Shown here piece by piece: positions 15,304 to 38,504 of a DNA stretch of 64,000 bases (positions are counted from its first letter, which is position 1; each line of letters starts with the position of its first letter). Source of the DNA: Eledone cirrhosa (taxonomy: Eukaryota); NCBI GenBank assembly GCA_964016885.1, contig OZ024749.1, positions 14,136,001-14,200,000 on the forward strand, written 5' to 3'. A program made the position numbers and the translations under genes. The notes below the pieces were generated by a model. The model did not search any database, was not told the DNA's origin, and worked only from the letters and a program-made list of their open reading frames with translations.

Positions 15304-17690
15304 ATGGATTATTACAACATAACCAATTCAACTAAAGACATTCCTATACCTGGTAAATCTGAATTCACCAAACTTCTAATTGAAAAAACTGACTCCTTCG
15401 TAAGAAGACTTAGATGGATAGCCTATTTCTATGACCAGCACCTAAAAGGGAGCTACTATACCAAAGAACATAACTTCCTCGATCATCTATTTAATTCTAG
15501 AAGAAATCCTCCTTCCAACAAAAATCTAGTGCAATTCGAGGAAGAGTTAACTAAAATAATAAAAAATCTTAAATTCAAGAGATACCCTTACAAAGGACAA
15601 GAGCACCTTGTAAATCTCAAGAACACAATTTCTAACCTAAATTCCTCAAAAAATGTTTTAGTCCACTCTGACAAAACCAATAACTTATATGGTATTTCCA
15701 AGGATAATTATAACAACCTTATCCTAAAGGAACTTAGGAAAAAATATTGTAAAACCAACCTTGAAAATTTAGAATACATAAACCTTGAAGCCTCTGAGAT
15801 TATGTCAAAACTTGGCATTGAAAAAAAGACCGAACCATTCCTCCCATGAACTCCGAGGATAAATCTCAAGGATCACAAAAACAATTTTCGCACTGAACTA
15901 CCTGTTAGATTAATCGCCCCCTCTAAATCTGATCTGGGGGTTGTTAGTAAACCCATCTTGGATAGAATTATCCCACAGGTTCGTTCTAATTGCTCTTCTT
16001 TGAACCTAAATTTATGGTTTGGTACTTCTGAAGTGATTGGCTGGTTCAACAAATTGGATAATAAAAACAAACTAAAATTTATTCAATTTGATATTGCCAG
16101 CTACTATTCCTCCATTTCGCCTTCACTTCTCAATAATGCTCTATCTTTCGCACTTAAATATTCTGACATCACCACAGATGAACTTCACATCATCCTCACC
16201 GCACGTAAAACCATCCTAGAGTTCAACAACGAATATTGGACCAGAGCCGATACCTCTAACAACTTCGACATCACAATGGGAGCATCCGATTCATCCCAAT
16301 TGACTGATTTAATTGGTATCTTTATTTTGAACTCTTTGAGTCGGAAAATTCCTCAACTTCGCGGTGGAATTTATCGTGACGATGGACTCTTTACTATCTT
16401 AAATTGCAATATAGTTAACCTTAATATTATTAAGAACAATATACGTAATCTCTTTAACCAACATAACCTAAAAATTGAATTTGATAACAGTATCAAACTA
16501 GCTAATTTCTTGGATGTATCTCTTAATCTTGACACTGGTCTATATTACCCTTACCATAAAAACAATGAGAACCTAAATTATGTTAACTTTAAATCTAACC
16601 ATCCTACCAATATCAAGAATGCTATAGTTAGTAATATTGGAAAAAGAATATCTAACATATCTTCTAATAAAAACATCTTTGATGCTAACGCCAATTACTA
16701 TAATAACGCACTTTCTAAAGCCGGCTATCCTGATAAAATCAAATATAGTAAAGAAACAAATTCTAGAAGAACTTACAGTAGAATAATTAATCATGATCAT
16801 TCCAATAACTTTAATAAAAGACCTAGATACAAAAACATAATCTGGTATAATGCTCCTTTCTCCATCTCTATTAATAACAATATTCCTAAATTATTCTTTA
16901 GTGCCTTAAATAAATGCTTCCCTCCCTCACATATCTATAGTAAAATATTTAACAAACACACCATAAAATCTTATTATTCTACATCCTCCAATATTTCCAA
17001 CATTATCTCTAAACACAACAATAAAATACTAAATACTAAATATCTTCCTTCCAACACTGAATTTCATAATAACAGTAATAGTACTCCCGACGTCATTGTA
17101 AACCCTAGGCTAATTTCTGTAAACCCAAATACAACGTCAAACACAACTTCGCTAAATGTTCATAATCCAACTCTAAATCAAAAAACTATTATTCCTATCG
17201 CAAACAACTTCTCCAATCCAATTCCTTCTATAGATAACACTAGGTCACTCATTAATAATCTCTCTAATTGCAATTGCCCTATTAAAAATAAATGTCCTCT
17301 CAACAACCATTGTCTTGATAAAAACTTAATTTATGAATGTAAAGTTATAACTAACACCAATTCCTTCACCTATTTTGGCTCCACTTCCACCTCTTTTAAA
17401 GCTCGTCTCTATAATCATCATTCATCTTTTAAATACAAACTTAAAAGAACCAACACGGCTCTCTCATATGGTCCTTGAAAGACAAAAACATTAAATATAC
17501 CATCTTTTGGAAGAAGGTTTCTTCTGCGTCTTCAAACTTGAACAGCTCATTATCTAAAATCTGTAATCTCTGCCTAAATGAAAAATTTACCATTATCTCT
17601 AATCTAGATTCTATAATAAATAGACGAACAGATTTGTTTTCTATCTGCTTGCATAAATTCCATAAGACATTTCACAAAGTATACAGCTAA
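15304..17690 (+). pseudogene. PLE RT/GIY-YIG polyprotein with one in-frame TGA (15847-15849) and a frameshift near 17467
   Basis: ORFs 15244-15849 and 15958-17478 are in the same frame, with sense-looking codons (TPRINLKDHK) straight after the TGA. The C-terminus IWSLKDK...CNLCLNEK is in a shifted frame. Confidence 0.88.
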
Positions 17691-18509
17691 TATTCAATTC
17701 TTTATCAATTTAGAATCTTTTCTCAAAGGCACATATACATACACCTCTTTTAAAATATACCCATCTTCCTACCTTATTTCAAAGGGTATTATACACTCTA
17801 TAATACTGGTTTACTCATTACCCTTACTCTATTTTCACCTTGTAAAATCCTTCGTAACATATACATTTGTTTTGACGCCAGATTATTCATCCTTAATTCA
17901 TTATTTTTTTCTCCCCATCATCTAACTCATTCTTAATACATATTAACTCTTTCTTCGCACATATTATCAATTCCTTCAATATACAAACCTTAACTTCACA
18001 TTATTTTTCTCAAATCCTTCAATACACAAACCTTAATAATTTTTTTTCTCTTCGCTAATTTTCAAATTTCCATAATACTTGTAAACATACACACTTTTTG
18101 ACGTTAGAATATTCATCCGCAATTCATTATTCTATTCTCTCTATCATCAAACTTTTTAATCTCAATACATATTAACTCCCTCTCCTTCTTCGTACATATT
18201 TTTCCCTTCGTTAATTTTCAAATTCTTTTAATTTATACATTATCTTCCAACGGTTTTCAACCTCTCTATGTGAAACAATATATCTTTCTCAGTTATAAAA
18301 ACTATCTATTTCTCTCTATCACCCATCTCTCCCTCTCCACCTTCACTCTCATCTCCTCCCCCCATTTTTTTTTCATCCTTTCAACCCCAACCCCCCTCTC
18401 TAACTAAAATAGTTTTCCCAATATCACACATAAATCTAAAACTACTTCTCATATGTTGATTTAAAACTGCACTATCCACAAGTGTTTTTTAGCCTTCATA
18501 TCATGTCCT

Positions 18510-18586
18510 CCTGTTTTATCTGATGAAAACACAAATATTATTGCATGATGATGTTTGTTTTTGAAATGCGCATAATAAAATACAGG
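18510..18586 (+). ncRNA. Type I hammerhead ribozyme in 3' pseudo-LTR
   Basis: Same motif; CTGATGA 18520-18526, GAAA 18563-18566, TGCGCA-TA, stem I closing ATAAAATACAGG. Confidence 0.85.
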
Positions 18587-18613
18587 GAACTCCTTTAACC
18601 ATCTTTTGATCTT

Positions 18614-21091
<2,478 letters not shown>

Positions 21092-21698
21092 GTCAGGTCA
21101 CCAGTTGGTGCTACTGGTAACATGTATCCCAGTACAACCTGTTCCATGGTCGGGTCGTTGGCGACTAAACTGGCAACCCCACCAAGGTTTCTTGGTGAGG
21201 AGGGTGACTTTGGACATCCTGCAGGACTAAAAACAAAACCTGTCAAAGGGCAAAGGAGCTCTTAAGAGTCAATGGCCATCCAAAATCACTGGGAGAGATG
21301 ACCCCTTAGCCTCTGTCAAGGCAGAATTCTAGGAGAAGGAAGGCTCTGATATAACACCTGCAACCCTGATGGTATCCATGATGTTGACTTGTTCTTCTTT
21401 TTGGTAAATATCATCTTGGTTAAGAGAGTGGGACTGGCTTTGTGCAGTGCCTTTGCTCACTATAAAAGCTTCACAGCACAGGCATTGCTTTACATCTGGA
21501 GATCTCTCTGCAGTTGTCGTCACATGGTACCATGGGCCCAGCACTATGTGTCAATAATTGTCACAAGTGTAGTGTTTGTACCAGAGTTTTCAAGTCACTG
21601 GCTGGACTAAAAAGTCACACTCGTTCAGCGCATCGGTAGGGGTTCTCCTACATGGATATAAAGTAGTGGCCGTACTCGAAAACGAGTTGGCAGCCACC

Positions 21699-21699
<1 letters not shown>
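21092..21699 (+). mobile_element. Internally deleted, non-autonomous RTE-like element (putative 5' UTR fused to 3' end)
   Basis: 21568-21639 translates [23 protein letters not shown], a C2H2 finger typical of some RTE C-termini. Terminal stem-loop GTGGC..ACTCG-AAAA-CGAGT..GCCAC. No RT coding. TA tracts on both sides. Confidence 0.65.
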
Positions 21700-28236
<6,537 letters not shown>

Positions 28237-29472
28237 TCATCATCATCAACGTTTAACGTCCGTGTTCCACGCTTGCATGGGTTTGGACGGGGGTAGTCCC
28301 ACTTGAGGCAAGAGTGATTGTCTTGCTCGCATAGGACTGTTTGGCAGGTTTTCTACAGTTGGATGCCCTTCCTAACACCAACCACATTTACAGTGTGGGT
28401 CTGGGAGGTTTTTACCGTGTTGCCTACACGGCCACATTACAGCGTGGACTGTGTGTTTTTTTGTCGTGACACCTACACGATCTCGTTTGTTTCGGCCTGG
28501 ATGGCGCGGCACCAACATAACTTTACATAGAACGGGGTGGTGTGGATGGGGGGGGGGGGGTATTTTGTTAGAGATGCCTACTGGCTGGAGTAGGTTTTAC
28601 TATATATTTAGGTAAGGCGGGTCTTCTCTGTTACTGAGTACCGCCAAAGGTCTCGGTCCAGTGACATTGTCTTGGAGAGGTGTAAGTGTGTGATGTCGGA
28701 GTTTATCAGCTCGTCCCAGGTTTTTCTAGGTCTGCCTATTCCGTGACTACCGTCTATCTTTATTGCCCTGCACTTTGTTATACAGCTATCGACTTTCATG
28801 CGCATCACGTGTCCATACCAACGTAGCCTTCTCTCGAGTAAACAACATCTGATCCCTCTTATCTCTAATTTTTTCCTTAGTTCCTTTATGCTTTGCCGTT
28901 CACGTATATTACTGTTACACATCCAGCGGAGCATGCAAGCTTCGTTCCTCTCTAGTCTGCGTATATCCTCTGCACACAATGCCCAGGTCTCACTGCCATG
29001 CAACATTGCTGTTCGTATGCAGGCATCGTACAACCTGCCTTTCATTTTTAGGGAGAACCCTTTAGCAGCTAATAGTGGTATAAGCTCTCTGAACTTTTTC
29101 CAACCAGTTCTGACTCTAGCTACAGTACTTTCAGAGCACCCTCCCCCACTGCTGATTTTATCGCCCAGGTAACGGAAGCTGTCCACTATTTCTATAGAAC
29201 CCTCTGCGCAATTGAAAGAGCTAGTATTTTGTGGGCACTTGCTGCTACTTATTGCACCAGAACACCGGCCACATGTAAAATCTATGTTCTTAGTTAGCTT
29301 ACCTGTGATCCCACTACATCTTTTATGCACCCATACTTTGCATTTAGGACATAAAATGGAGTTTCTACCTACGCCTTTCCTACACACCAAGCACGACCAT
29401 TTCCCAGAAGGGACCGCCGCCTTGTTTTCTTTCCTACAAACTAGAACTTTGGTCTTAGCCAGGTTAATTTTA
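28237..29472 (-). mobile_element. RTE-clade LINE copy 3, 5'-truncated
   Basis: Near-identical to 22406-23630; (CAT)n tail; truncated at ...TAATTTTA|TATA; ~28-bp insertion near 28585-28612. Confidence 0.95.
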
Positions 29473-29509
29473 TATATATGTATATATATATATATATATG
29501 TATATGTAT

Positions 29510-32500
29510 AACTTTGAATAACTTTGAAATGTTTTGGCCAGTATTGGCCCAGGCCATGTCTAACTTAATAGCACCACTTGGCGAAGTCTTTCAATTCAGG
29601 ATTTGGACACCATGGCCCATTCGAGAAGAGAATTACTGTTTGCGGAGACATATCCGGGTGTGTGTGGTTTGTCCGGGATTACTTGGAGGAATTTGTCCAA
29701 AGACTTCTTGAATTTTGTGTGGTCAGTTTCTGTTTTGACGTGTCCCGGTGTGATGTTGAAGAGAGCAGGGCCGATTGAGGTGAAATAATTGTGCCGTATT
29801 GTTGTTATGAGTTGCGATTTAGATTTTTGAATGGGACGGATAGCACGGGGCCCAAGCCTTGGGTGTATCTTGAAGGCGATGCCAACATCATTTGGGCAGT
29901 GATGATGGAACATTTTCCACATCATGCAGATAATATAACGCTCACGGCGACGTTGGAGTGAGTAAAGTTTCAGGTTTTCTAATCGACCCCAGTAGTCAAG
30001 GTCTGACATGCCATCTATCTTTTTCGTGATTGCCCTTTGAGGAGCTTCAAGTTTCATGATACTTTGTTTCGTGTGGGGAGACCACAGTGGACAACAGTAT
30101 TCAAGGTGTGGTCGGGCAAAAGTAGAGAAGAGGAGGATAATGGTGTGGGAATCTCTCGACTGGAAGGTTCTGAGGATCCAGGAACACATTCTGCGGGCCA
30201 TGTCAACTTTGCTGCTTATATGCGTGGCCCAGCTTATGTTGCTGTCCACGGTTACTCCCAAGTCTCTGATGTTGTTAGATGCCACGAGAGTTTCCCCGGA
30301 GGGAAGGGAGTACGGGAGTTTCAGAGCATCCTCTTTTCCAAAGTGGATCAGTTCGAATTTGTCTTCGTTCAGTAACATGTTGTTCTTTTCCGCCCATTGG
30401 GTAACAGCCAGTAGGTCTGACTGAAGGCTTATCCGGTCATCCACGCCATTGATGACTTTTTTGGCGCTTGGAATCATCAGCGAAAATTTTAATGTTGCTG
30501 TGTTTGATGATGTCAGTGATGTCATTAATATAGATGATGAAGAGAAGTGGGCCCAACACAGTGCCTTGTGGGACCCCACTACTGACTTTGGCTGGGCTGG
30601 ATTTGACTCCCTCAACTACAACATGTTGGGTTCTATTTGACAGGAAGCTCTTGATCCACTGCAGCAGCTTTCCAGTGACACCAATATTGGACAGCTTTCT
30701 CAGTAGAATGTTATGATCAACTCTGTCAAAGGCCTTGCTGAAATCAAGGTAGATAACATCAGTGTTGGAACCCTCTCCCAAGGCTCTCAAAATGTCATCA
30801 AAGTGATGCAGTAGCTGCGTCGGGCAATCCCTTCCATTACGGAATCCATGCTGGTTGGAGTTCAGCATATTGTTACTCTCAAGGAAGTGGGTCATTCGCG
30901 ATCTCACCACTCTCTCAAATACCTTAATGATATGAGAGGTGAGTGAGATTGGACGGTAATTCATGGCAAGGGATTTGTTTCCCTTTTTGAAAACTGGGAC
31001 AACAGACTGGGATAGAAGGTTTTCTGGCACATATCCAGCATCCAGTGAGTTCCGCCACAGATTGGCAAGAGGAGATGCAAGTTGGTGTTGACACGCCTTC
31101 AAGACACAAGCAGGGAACCTATCGGGACCTACTGCTGAATTATGCTTAATTTCCTTTATTGCCGCTAAGACATCAGGGGCGCCAAACGTTATGTCCGATA
31201 AGGTGTAATGGGGAGTAACATCGCCGATACAGCCAAGATCGGCCATATCAGGATTGCTGAAAACAGAGCAGTATCTCACCCATGGTTTTAGCATTGTCTT
31301 GAAGAGTGCCATTTTCATCAATTAGAGGGCCAACAGTAGAGCCAGTGATTTTGTGTTTTTTTGCAAATGAATAGAACACTTTGGGATTGAGTTTGATCTT
31401 CTCAATGGCCCAGGCCTCTTCAGCTCTTCTCTGATTGTTGATGAGGGACATTATGTTGTTTTGGAGGTTATGTTTTTTAATCTCTAGTGATGAAATGGCA
31501 GTCAAGTTGATGTGTTGCTGCTGACAGTATTTCAGCTTGTTGATTTTTTTGTTCGTTCTCTTAATTTTTCTGATGAGCGTTTTTCTATTTCTATGGATTC
31601 TGCTCTTAGATTTGTTTATAGTTCTTAATGGGGTGTGTTTTGCACATATGTTTGTAACAGTGTCCACAAATGTCTGCCAGGACTTTTTGATGTTAGTGGG
31701 TGTATGAGTGTGCGTGAAGGACCAGTCGACATGTGCAAGATCATGACTGATCGCTTCCCAGTTTGCATTGTGAAAATCCATAGCGTCAAACGGATGGACA
31801 GGAGAGATGATATTGGGTTTGTATATTGGACGGTGGAATCTCAGATCACAGAGAACCATGTCATGATCAGAGAGTAGAGTTTTCTCCACTGCAATATTGT
31901 GGATATTGTCAGTGTGATTGCTGAAAATTAAGTCTAGGACGTTTTTGTGGCACCTCGTTGGTTCGAGCACCAGTTGGGATAGGAGGAAATCATCCATGAA
32001 GTCAAGAAGCGATTCCACTGCTTCCCTGTCAGAGGTTGAGGCAGAAGAACCTGGTGGCAGGCTGTTTGTGGACCAGTCAACTCCGGGGAGGTTGAAGTCC
32101 CCCATCATTAAGATGTTGTCAGGGTGACACTCTTGGATGAAACACTTTATGCTGTTGAGGCATTCCTTGAAGCATGGTACAGGCGTTTGGGGTGGCCTAT
32201 AGAGCCCAACTACTATTAGGTTGTTGGTTTGACTGAATACAGTGACTGCTTCACAGTATCCATTAGTGAATATGTTCATAGCCTCTGTTGAGAAAGAATT
32301 ATGGACATAAATGCCAGTCCCGCCCTTTCTTCTGCCAGCGCGATCAGCACGGATGGCTTTGAAATTTTTCACTTTCACCTCGGCTTCCAAGTGGAGGTTA
32401 CTGAGATGGGTTTCAGTGAGGACGAAGAAAGGGATGTGGTTTGGATGGACATCAATCCAGTCCTCCAGGAATTTGATCTTCCATTTTTGAGTATTGGTGG

Positions 32501-33701
32501 AAGGGCTGATGCCTTGGACGTTAAGCAAAAATGTAGAGGCGAGAGTGGATGGTTTTAATTGTTTTGGTGTGTTGTTAATTTGTTTGTTTGTTAATGGCAG
32601 CAATGGGAGTTTGTGCAGTGGGGTGATAGTGGAGGGTGGTGCTGGTTGATAGCTCAAATGTTTTTTTTCCAGTTCTTATGCCGGATTCATTATGGCTAAA
32701 AAAGAGGAAGAAGTTTCCTGTTTAGAAGACTGTTGGTGACTGTGGTAGTGGTTATTTTTATGTAGGTTATGGTTTTTGTTTTTGCTTTTATTTTTAATTT
32801 TATTTTCATTTGTCCGACGGGTCCCCGGGAGATGGGTAAAGGGACAATCCCGGTCTAAACACAATCTGTCTCGCAGGGAAAAGCGGCAGATTTGTGGATT
32901 CCTTGTTTGAGTTATTGGTGGTTGTGTTGGTGTTAAATTAGAGTATGTATTATGGTGGTGGCTGTTTGTGGGGATAGATCGTTTTGTCCTAGGTAAATGG
33001 GTGAATTTGCAGCCACTATCGGTACATATTCTATAGCGTAGAGAGTAGCGGCAAATGATGGGGTTTCGAGTGGGTGGGTATGTGGGTGTGTGTGTTGTGA
33101 GAGGTGTAGATGATGGTTTGAGTAGGATTTGACGACCTTTGTGGACTGTGGGAGGGAGAGTTCTTGTTCTGGTATTAGAAGGTAAATTCCTTGAGATAGC
33201 AGTAGCCAAAGATGTTGTAGTAGTAGTAGGCAGAGAAGATGTTGGCAGTGGTGATGATTGGACTGCTGGGCCAGAGAAAGGATATGGCGTTTCCTGCTGT
33301 GGGACAGAGGCTACTGGGAGGTCAATAGTTTCATTTAGTAGATCGGCCATTGTTGATGAATCAAGGAGTGGTTCACACTGTTGTTGTTGTTGTCGTTGTT
33401 GTTGTTGCTGTCGTTGTTGTAGCTGTTGTTGTTGTTGCCGTTGTAGCTGCTGTTGTTGTTGTTGCTGCTGCTGGACAGCATTCGAAGAAAAAAACACACC
33501 GTAGTTTATCCAAATGTTTATTGATTAATTTAAAAGCAATTTCGATTTGCTTTAATTTATTTTGAATCTGTTGTTCAGATCGAGTTTTCAAAAGTTGAAC
33601 TGTACGTTCAGCAATGTCGTTCAGACATGAAGCATCTATATCTTCTGTTTGGGTAAGGCAATGCCATGTGTTTATTAGAATGTCGATTTCATTATCAGAC
33701 C

Positions 33702-33703
<2 letters not shown>
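29510..33703 (-). mobile_element. CR1-group LINE copy B, near full-length (ORF1 + APE-RT ORF2), frameshifted
   Basis: ORF2 pieces 32657-31248 (LNVQG, LTETHL, YRPP, GDFNLP, LDLIFSN, SDHD), 31321-30437 and 30615-29596. Versus copy A: 14-bp deletion between GCAGTAT repeats near 31270 and a 1-bp insertion near 30460. ORF1 lies upstream. Confidence 0.94.
32676..33703 (-). pseudogene. LINE ORF1: Myb/SANT-like N-terminus, polyQ, S/T/P-rich linker, two CCCH zinc fingers
   Basis: [13 protein letters not shown]...[11 protein letters not shown]; frameshift in the homopolymer near 33490; CRYSLRYRICTDSGCKFTH and CRFSLRDRLCLDRDCPFTH. Confidence 0.75.
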
Positions 33704-34979
<1,276 letters not shown>

Positions 34980-35143
34980 TAATTTACTCACTCCAAGCAA
35001 GGCAATAAAACCATGAAAATGCAAGTGGGTTCTGAGAAAGAAGACAGGGGGAACATAATTGAAGGTGAGAGATGATGACCATGTTGATGTTGCTTTTGAA
35101 TGTTTGTGCAAATTATAAATAATAGTCTGTCTGTCTGTTATAG

Positions 35144-35271
35144 AAAAATGACATCAATATTCCGAGAAGCTGCTTTGATAAACTCTACAGTCCATTTGAA
35201 TTAGATTCAGATATTGTGAAAGATGAAGATAATTATTTCACAGCACCATTTAGTCAGGAGAGACTAAAACA
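35144..35271 (+). CDS. Internal coding exon of a host anoctamin (TMEM16)-like gene, N-terminal cytoplasmic region
   Basis: Acceptor ...ctgtctgttatAG, donor GTGAGT, 128 nt open: KNDINIPRSCFDKLYSPFELDSDIVKDEDNYFTAPFSQERLK. Resembles the P..LD......(C/Y)(Y/F)TAPFS..R motif of anoctamins, recognised from memory and not searched. Confidence 0.78.
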
Positions 35272-35324
35272 GTGAGTATTGATGTTTTGTTTCTTGGAAT
35301 TCTTCAAATTAAATCTGTAACTCA

Positions 35325-35765
35325 TTTTAGCATTCAAATTCTTTTAGCATTTATTCCAGCTCTTTTAGTATTTACTCCGTTTTTTTAAATATTCATATCA
35401 ACTTTTCTTAACACTTTTAGCATTCATACAAAATCTTTAAGTAACTCATGTGATCTGTTTTAACAACCCATGTCATGTTTAAGCAGTCATGTCATCTGTT
35501 TGAGCAACTCATATCATCTGTTTTAGCAGTCATATCATCAGCTTTAGCTGTCTTATCATGTTTTAACAGTCATATCTGCTTTAGCAGTCACATCATCTGT
35601 TTTAGCAGTCACATCATCTGTTTTAGCAGTCACATCATCTGCTTTAGCAGTCATATCATCTGTTTTAGTAGTCATGTCATCTCTTTTACCAGTCATGTCA
35701 TCTCTTTTAGCATATACACCAACTCTTTAATATTCATATCATCTCTTTTAGCATTCACACTAACC
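35325..35765. repeat. Degenerate ~21-bp minisatellite (CATATCATCTGTTTTAGCAGT)
   Basis: Repeated SSHIICF translation and direct reading. Confidence 0.85.
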
Positions 35766-36069
35766 CTTTTTAGAAACAACTGGATGTCTTAATGATAGGA
35801 CTTGGGCCTCTATCAATAAAACATCCAAGAGATCTTTTAAGAAATGCAGCCTCAACAACTGACTACACTTACATAGGTGTGACCTGTAATATTGACAACT
35901 CATTAAATCTACACAGGTGTGAGATGAAACAGCAACAACAGTTGGTTTAACCTACACAGGTATAAGCTGTAACAGCAACAACAGTTGGTTTAACCTACAC
36001 AGGTATAAGCTGTAACAGCAGCAGTGACTGACCTGAAGATGGGGATTAGGCCCCTATTATTAACATAGA

Positions 36070-36265
36070 AGGGCAGTGACTTGGCAGAATCGTTAGAGGG
36101 TCTGACGCGATGCTTGGCAGCATGGAGTTACGGCCCTTTCCATTCTGAGTTCAAATCCCGCCGAGGTTAACTTTGCCTTTCATCCTTACGGGGTCGATAA
36201 AATAAAGTACCAGTAATACACTGGATTAATTGCTGGCCTTGTGCCAAAAGTAGAAACAATTATTA
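36070..36265 (+). mobile_element. tRNA-derived SINE, family A
   Basis: A-box-like TGGCAGAATCGTTAG, B-box GAGTTCAAATCC, conserved body GCCTTTCATCCTTACGGGGTCGATAAAATAAAGTACCAG, tail AGTAGAAACAATTA. Confidence 0.88.
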
Positions 36266-36689
36266 AAACAACTGAATTATCTCCTATTAGATTTTAGAGA
36301 GTTTTAATAACAAGGACCATGCCTAAATCAGGTGTGAGCTGTAATAACAACACCACCATCAACAACATCAACAACAGTACCATAAACAACAACACTATCA
36401 TCAACAACAACAACAGCAGCAAATAATGAGGTGGATAATGTAAATGAGAGGTATCAATTATATGAATTAATGAACTAAAATTAATTTTTGTGCTTGAATA
36501 AGTTTTCCAGAACTTTAATAAAGAAATCAATTTGAATGTATTCAGCCTCACCTTTACATCACTCTGATCAATCGACAAGATCCCAGTTTTCATTCACTTG
36601 GGTGGACTTCGTCAAATCAGACCAAGGAAACAATGTTTCCATTGGTCTTTCCATTGCTGATACTATCTACCAATCGCAATTCCTGGCAG

Positions 36690-36810
36690 AAGGTGCAATG
36701 TGAAATAAAGTGTCTTGCTCAAGGACGCAACATATCACCCAGTCCGAGAATTGAACTCGCAACCTCATGATTGTGAATCCACTTCTGTAACTACTAAGCC
36801 ATGTGCCTTC
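36690..36810 (-). mobile_element. tRNA-derived SINE, family B, 5' fragment
   Basis: Reverse complement matches the head of 45770-46085 (TGGCTTAGT..GAGTTCAATTCTC..GTCCTTGAGCAAGACACTTTATT). Confidence 0.7.
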
Positions 36811-38044
36811 ACCAATACATATGTTGGATTAATTTCTTAGATTAATTGATCAATGTTTGAATGTTTAAGTGTTTCACTGAATTAATCCCCACAATGGGAG
36901 AGAACACATGGGGAGGAAATTGATATAAAAGCTGAGTTGATCTTCATGTTTGTTTATTAATCGACAGCTGGACACTAGATACTGAACACTGGACATAGTG
37001 CAGAGGGTGGGGTGGATGGGATGGGGTTATCCTATCATGTGACATATTCAAGTGAATAGTTAGGTAATTATGGAGGAGGTGGGCGTGGCTGACATCTTAG
37101 TATCATTAGCATTGTTAATGCTGTTACAAAGGAAATGACTGGGAAATGATGAATTGTATTACGTTTACAATATCTTGTTATAATTTGATTTTCTCTTTTG
37201 AATCAATGCAGAGAATGGGGTGAGGGTGATGGGGGTGGTGTGGTGGTTGCTATGGAGACATAGTCATTTCTGATTAAAAGGGACTAGATATAATGAAGCT
37301 GTTGTTGTCATGGTCAGATCTAGTTTAACAAATATATATTGTAGTTGTTGTGTTTGTTGTTGATGTGGTGGTGGTGGTGGTGGTGGTGGTGGTGACACTG
37401 GTGGCTGTTGCTAATATAGCCAAAGTCAGCCTTGGCTGAACAAAACCATATTGTAGCTATTGTTGTTGTTGTCTGTATATTGTTATTCTGGTTTCTTAAG
37501 GTGCTAAGAAACAGAGAGCTACTGGCATACATTTTTAGCTGAATGGTCTGATGCAACATGAAATGAAGTGCCTTGCCCAGTTAAGAGTTCAAATCCATAT
37601 ACAATCACGAATCAGACACCCTAACCTCTAGGTTGAACCTTTCCACTATTGTAATTGTGGCAGTTGCTAAAGCTGTCATTGTCTGCCCTGAATCAAATTA
37701 GGGCCTGACAATAAACCATTCAACTATAAACCCAGTATTCCAGACTTCCAACAGATCTCTTCCAGATCATATCCAGATCTACAAGACCTCCATATATCTT
37801 CTAGACCTCCTCTAGATGTCTTCTAGATCTCTTCCAAACCTCTTTCAAATCTTCTCTGAATGTTCTTCTAGACCTCCAGATCTCCCAGACCTCCCCTAGA
37901 TCTTTTCTAGATCTTTTCTAGATCTTTTCCAGATATCCACCAGATCTTTTCCAGACATCCTCCACACTTTATCTTGGTTACTTCAGTTCAACATTGTTAC
38001 ATTTTATCATGGTGGAGGAAGGAAAAGCAATCATTATTATTATT

Positions 38045-38470
38045 TGGCAGTAATCGGTAGAGTGTCAGATACCATACTTTGTAGCATAGAGTTACGGCCC
38101 TTTGCATTGTGTTAAAATCCTGCCACGGTTAGCTTTGTCTTTCATCCTTAAAGGGTCGATAAAATAAAGTACTAGTAATGCACTGGGGTCGATTTAATCG
38201 ATTTTTTTCCCTCTCCCTCAAAATTGCTGGCCTTGTGCCTATAGTAGAAATTATTATTATTATTATTATTATTATTATGGGCAATGGATTGGTAGTATTG
38301 GTAGAGCATCAGACAGCTTGCTTTACGCTCTGAGTTCAAATCCTGCCATGGTTAGCTTAGCCTTTCATCCTTACGGGGTCAATAAATAAAGTACCAGTAA
38401 TGCACTGGGGGTCGATTTAGTCGGCTTTCCCCTCCACAAAATTGATTGCCCTTGTGCCTAAATCAGAAAC
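38045..38470 (+). mobile_element. Two tandem family A SINEs separated by (TTA)n
   Basis: Same body motif at ~38135 and ~38360. Confidence 0.85.
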
Positions 38471-38504
38471 AATTATTATTATTATTATTATTATTATTAT
38501 TGGT

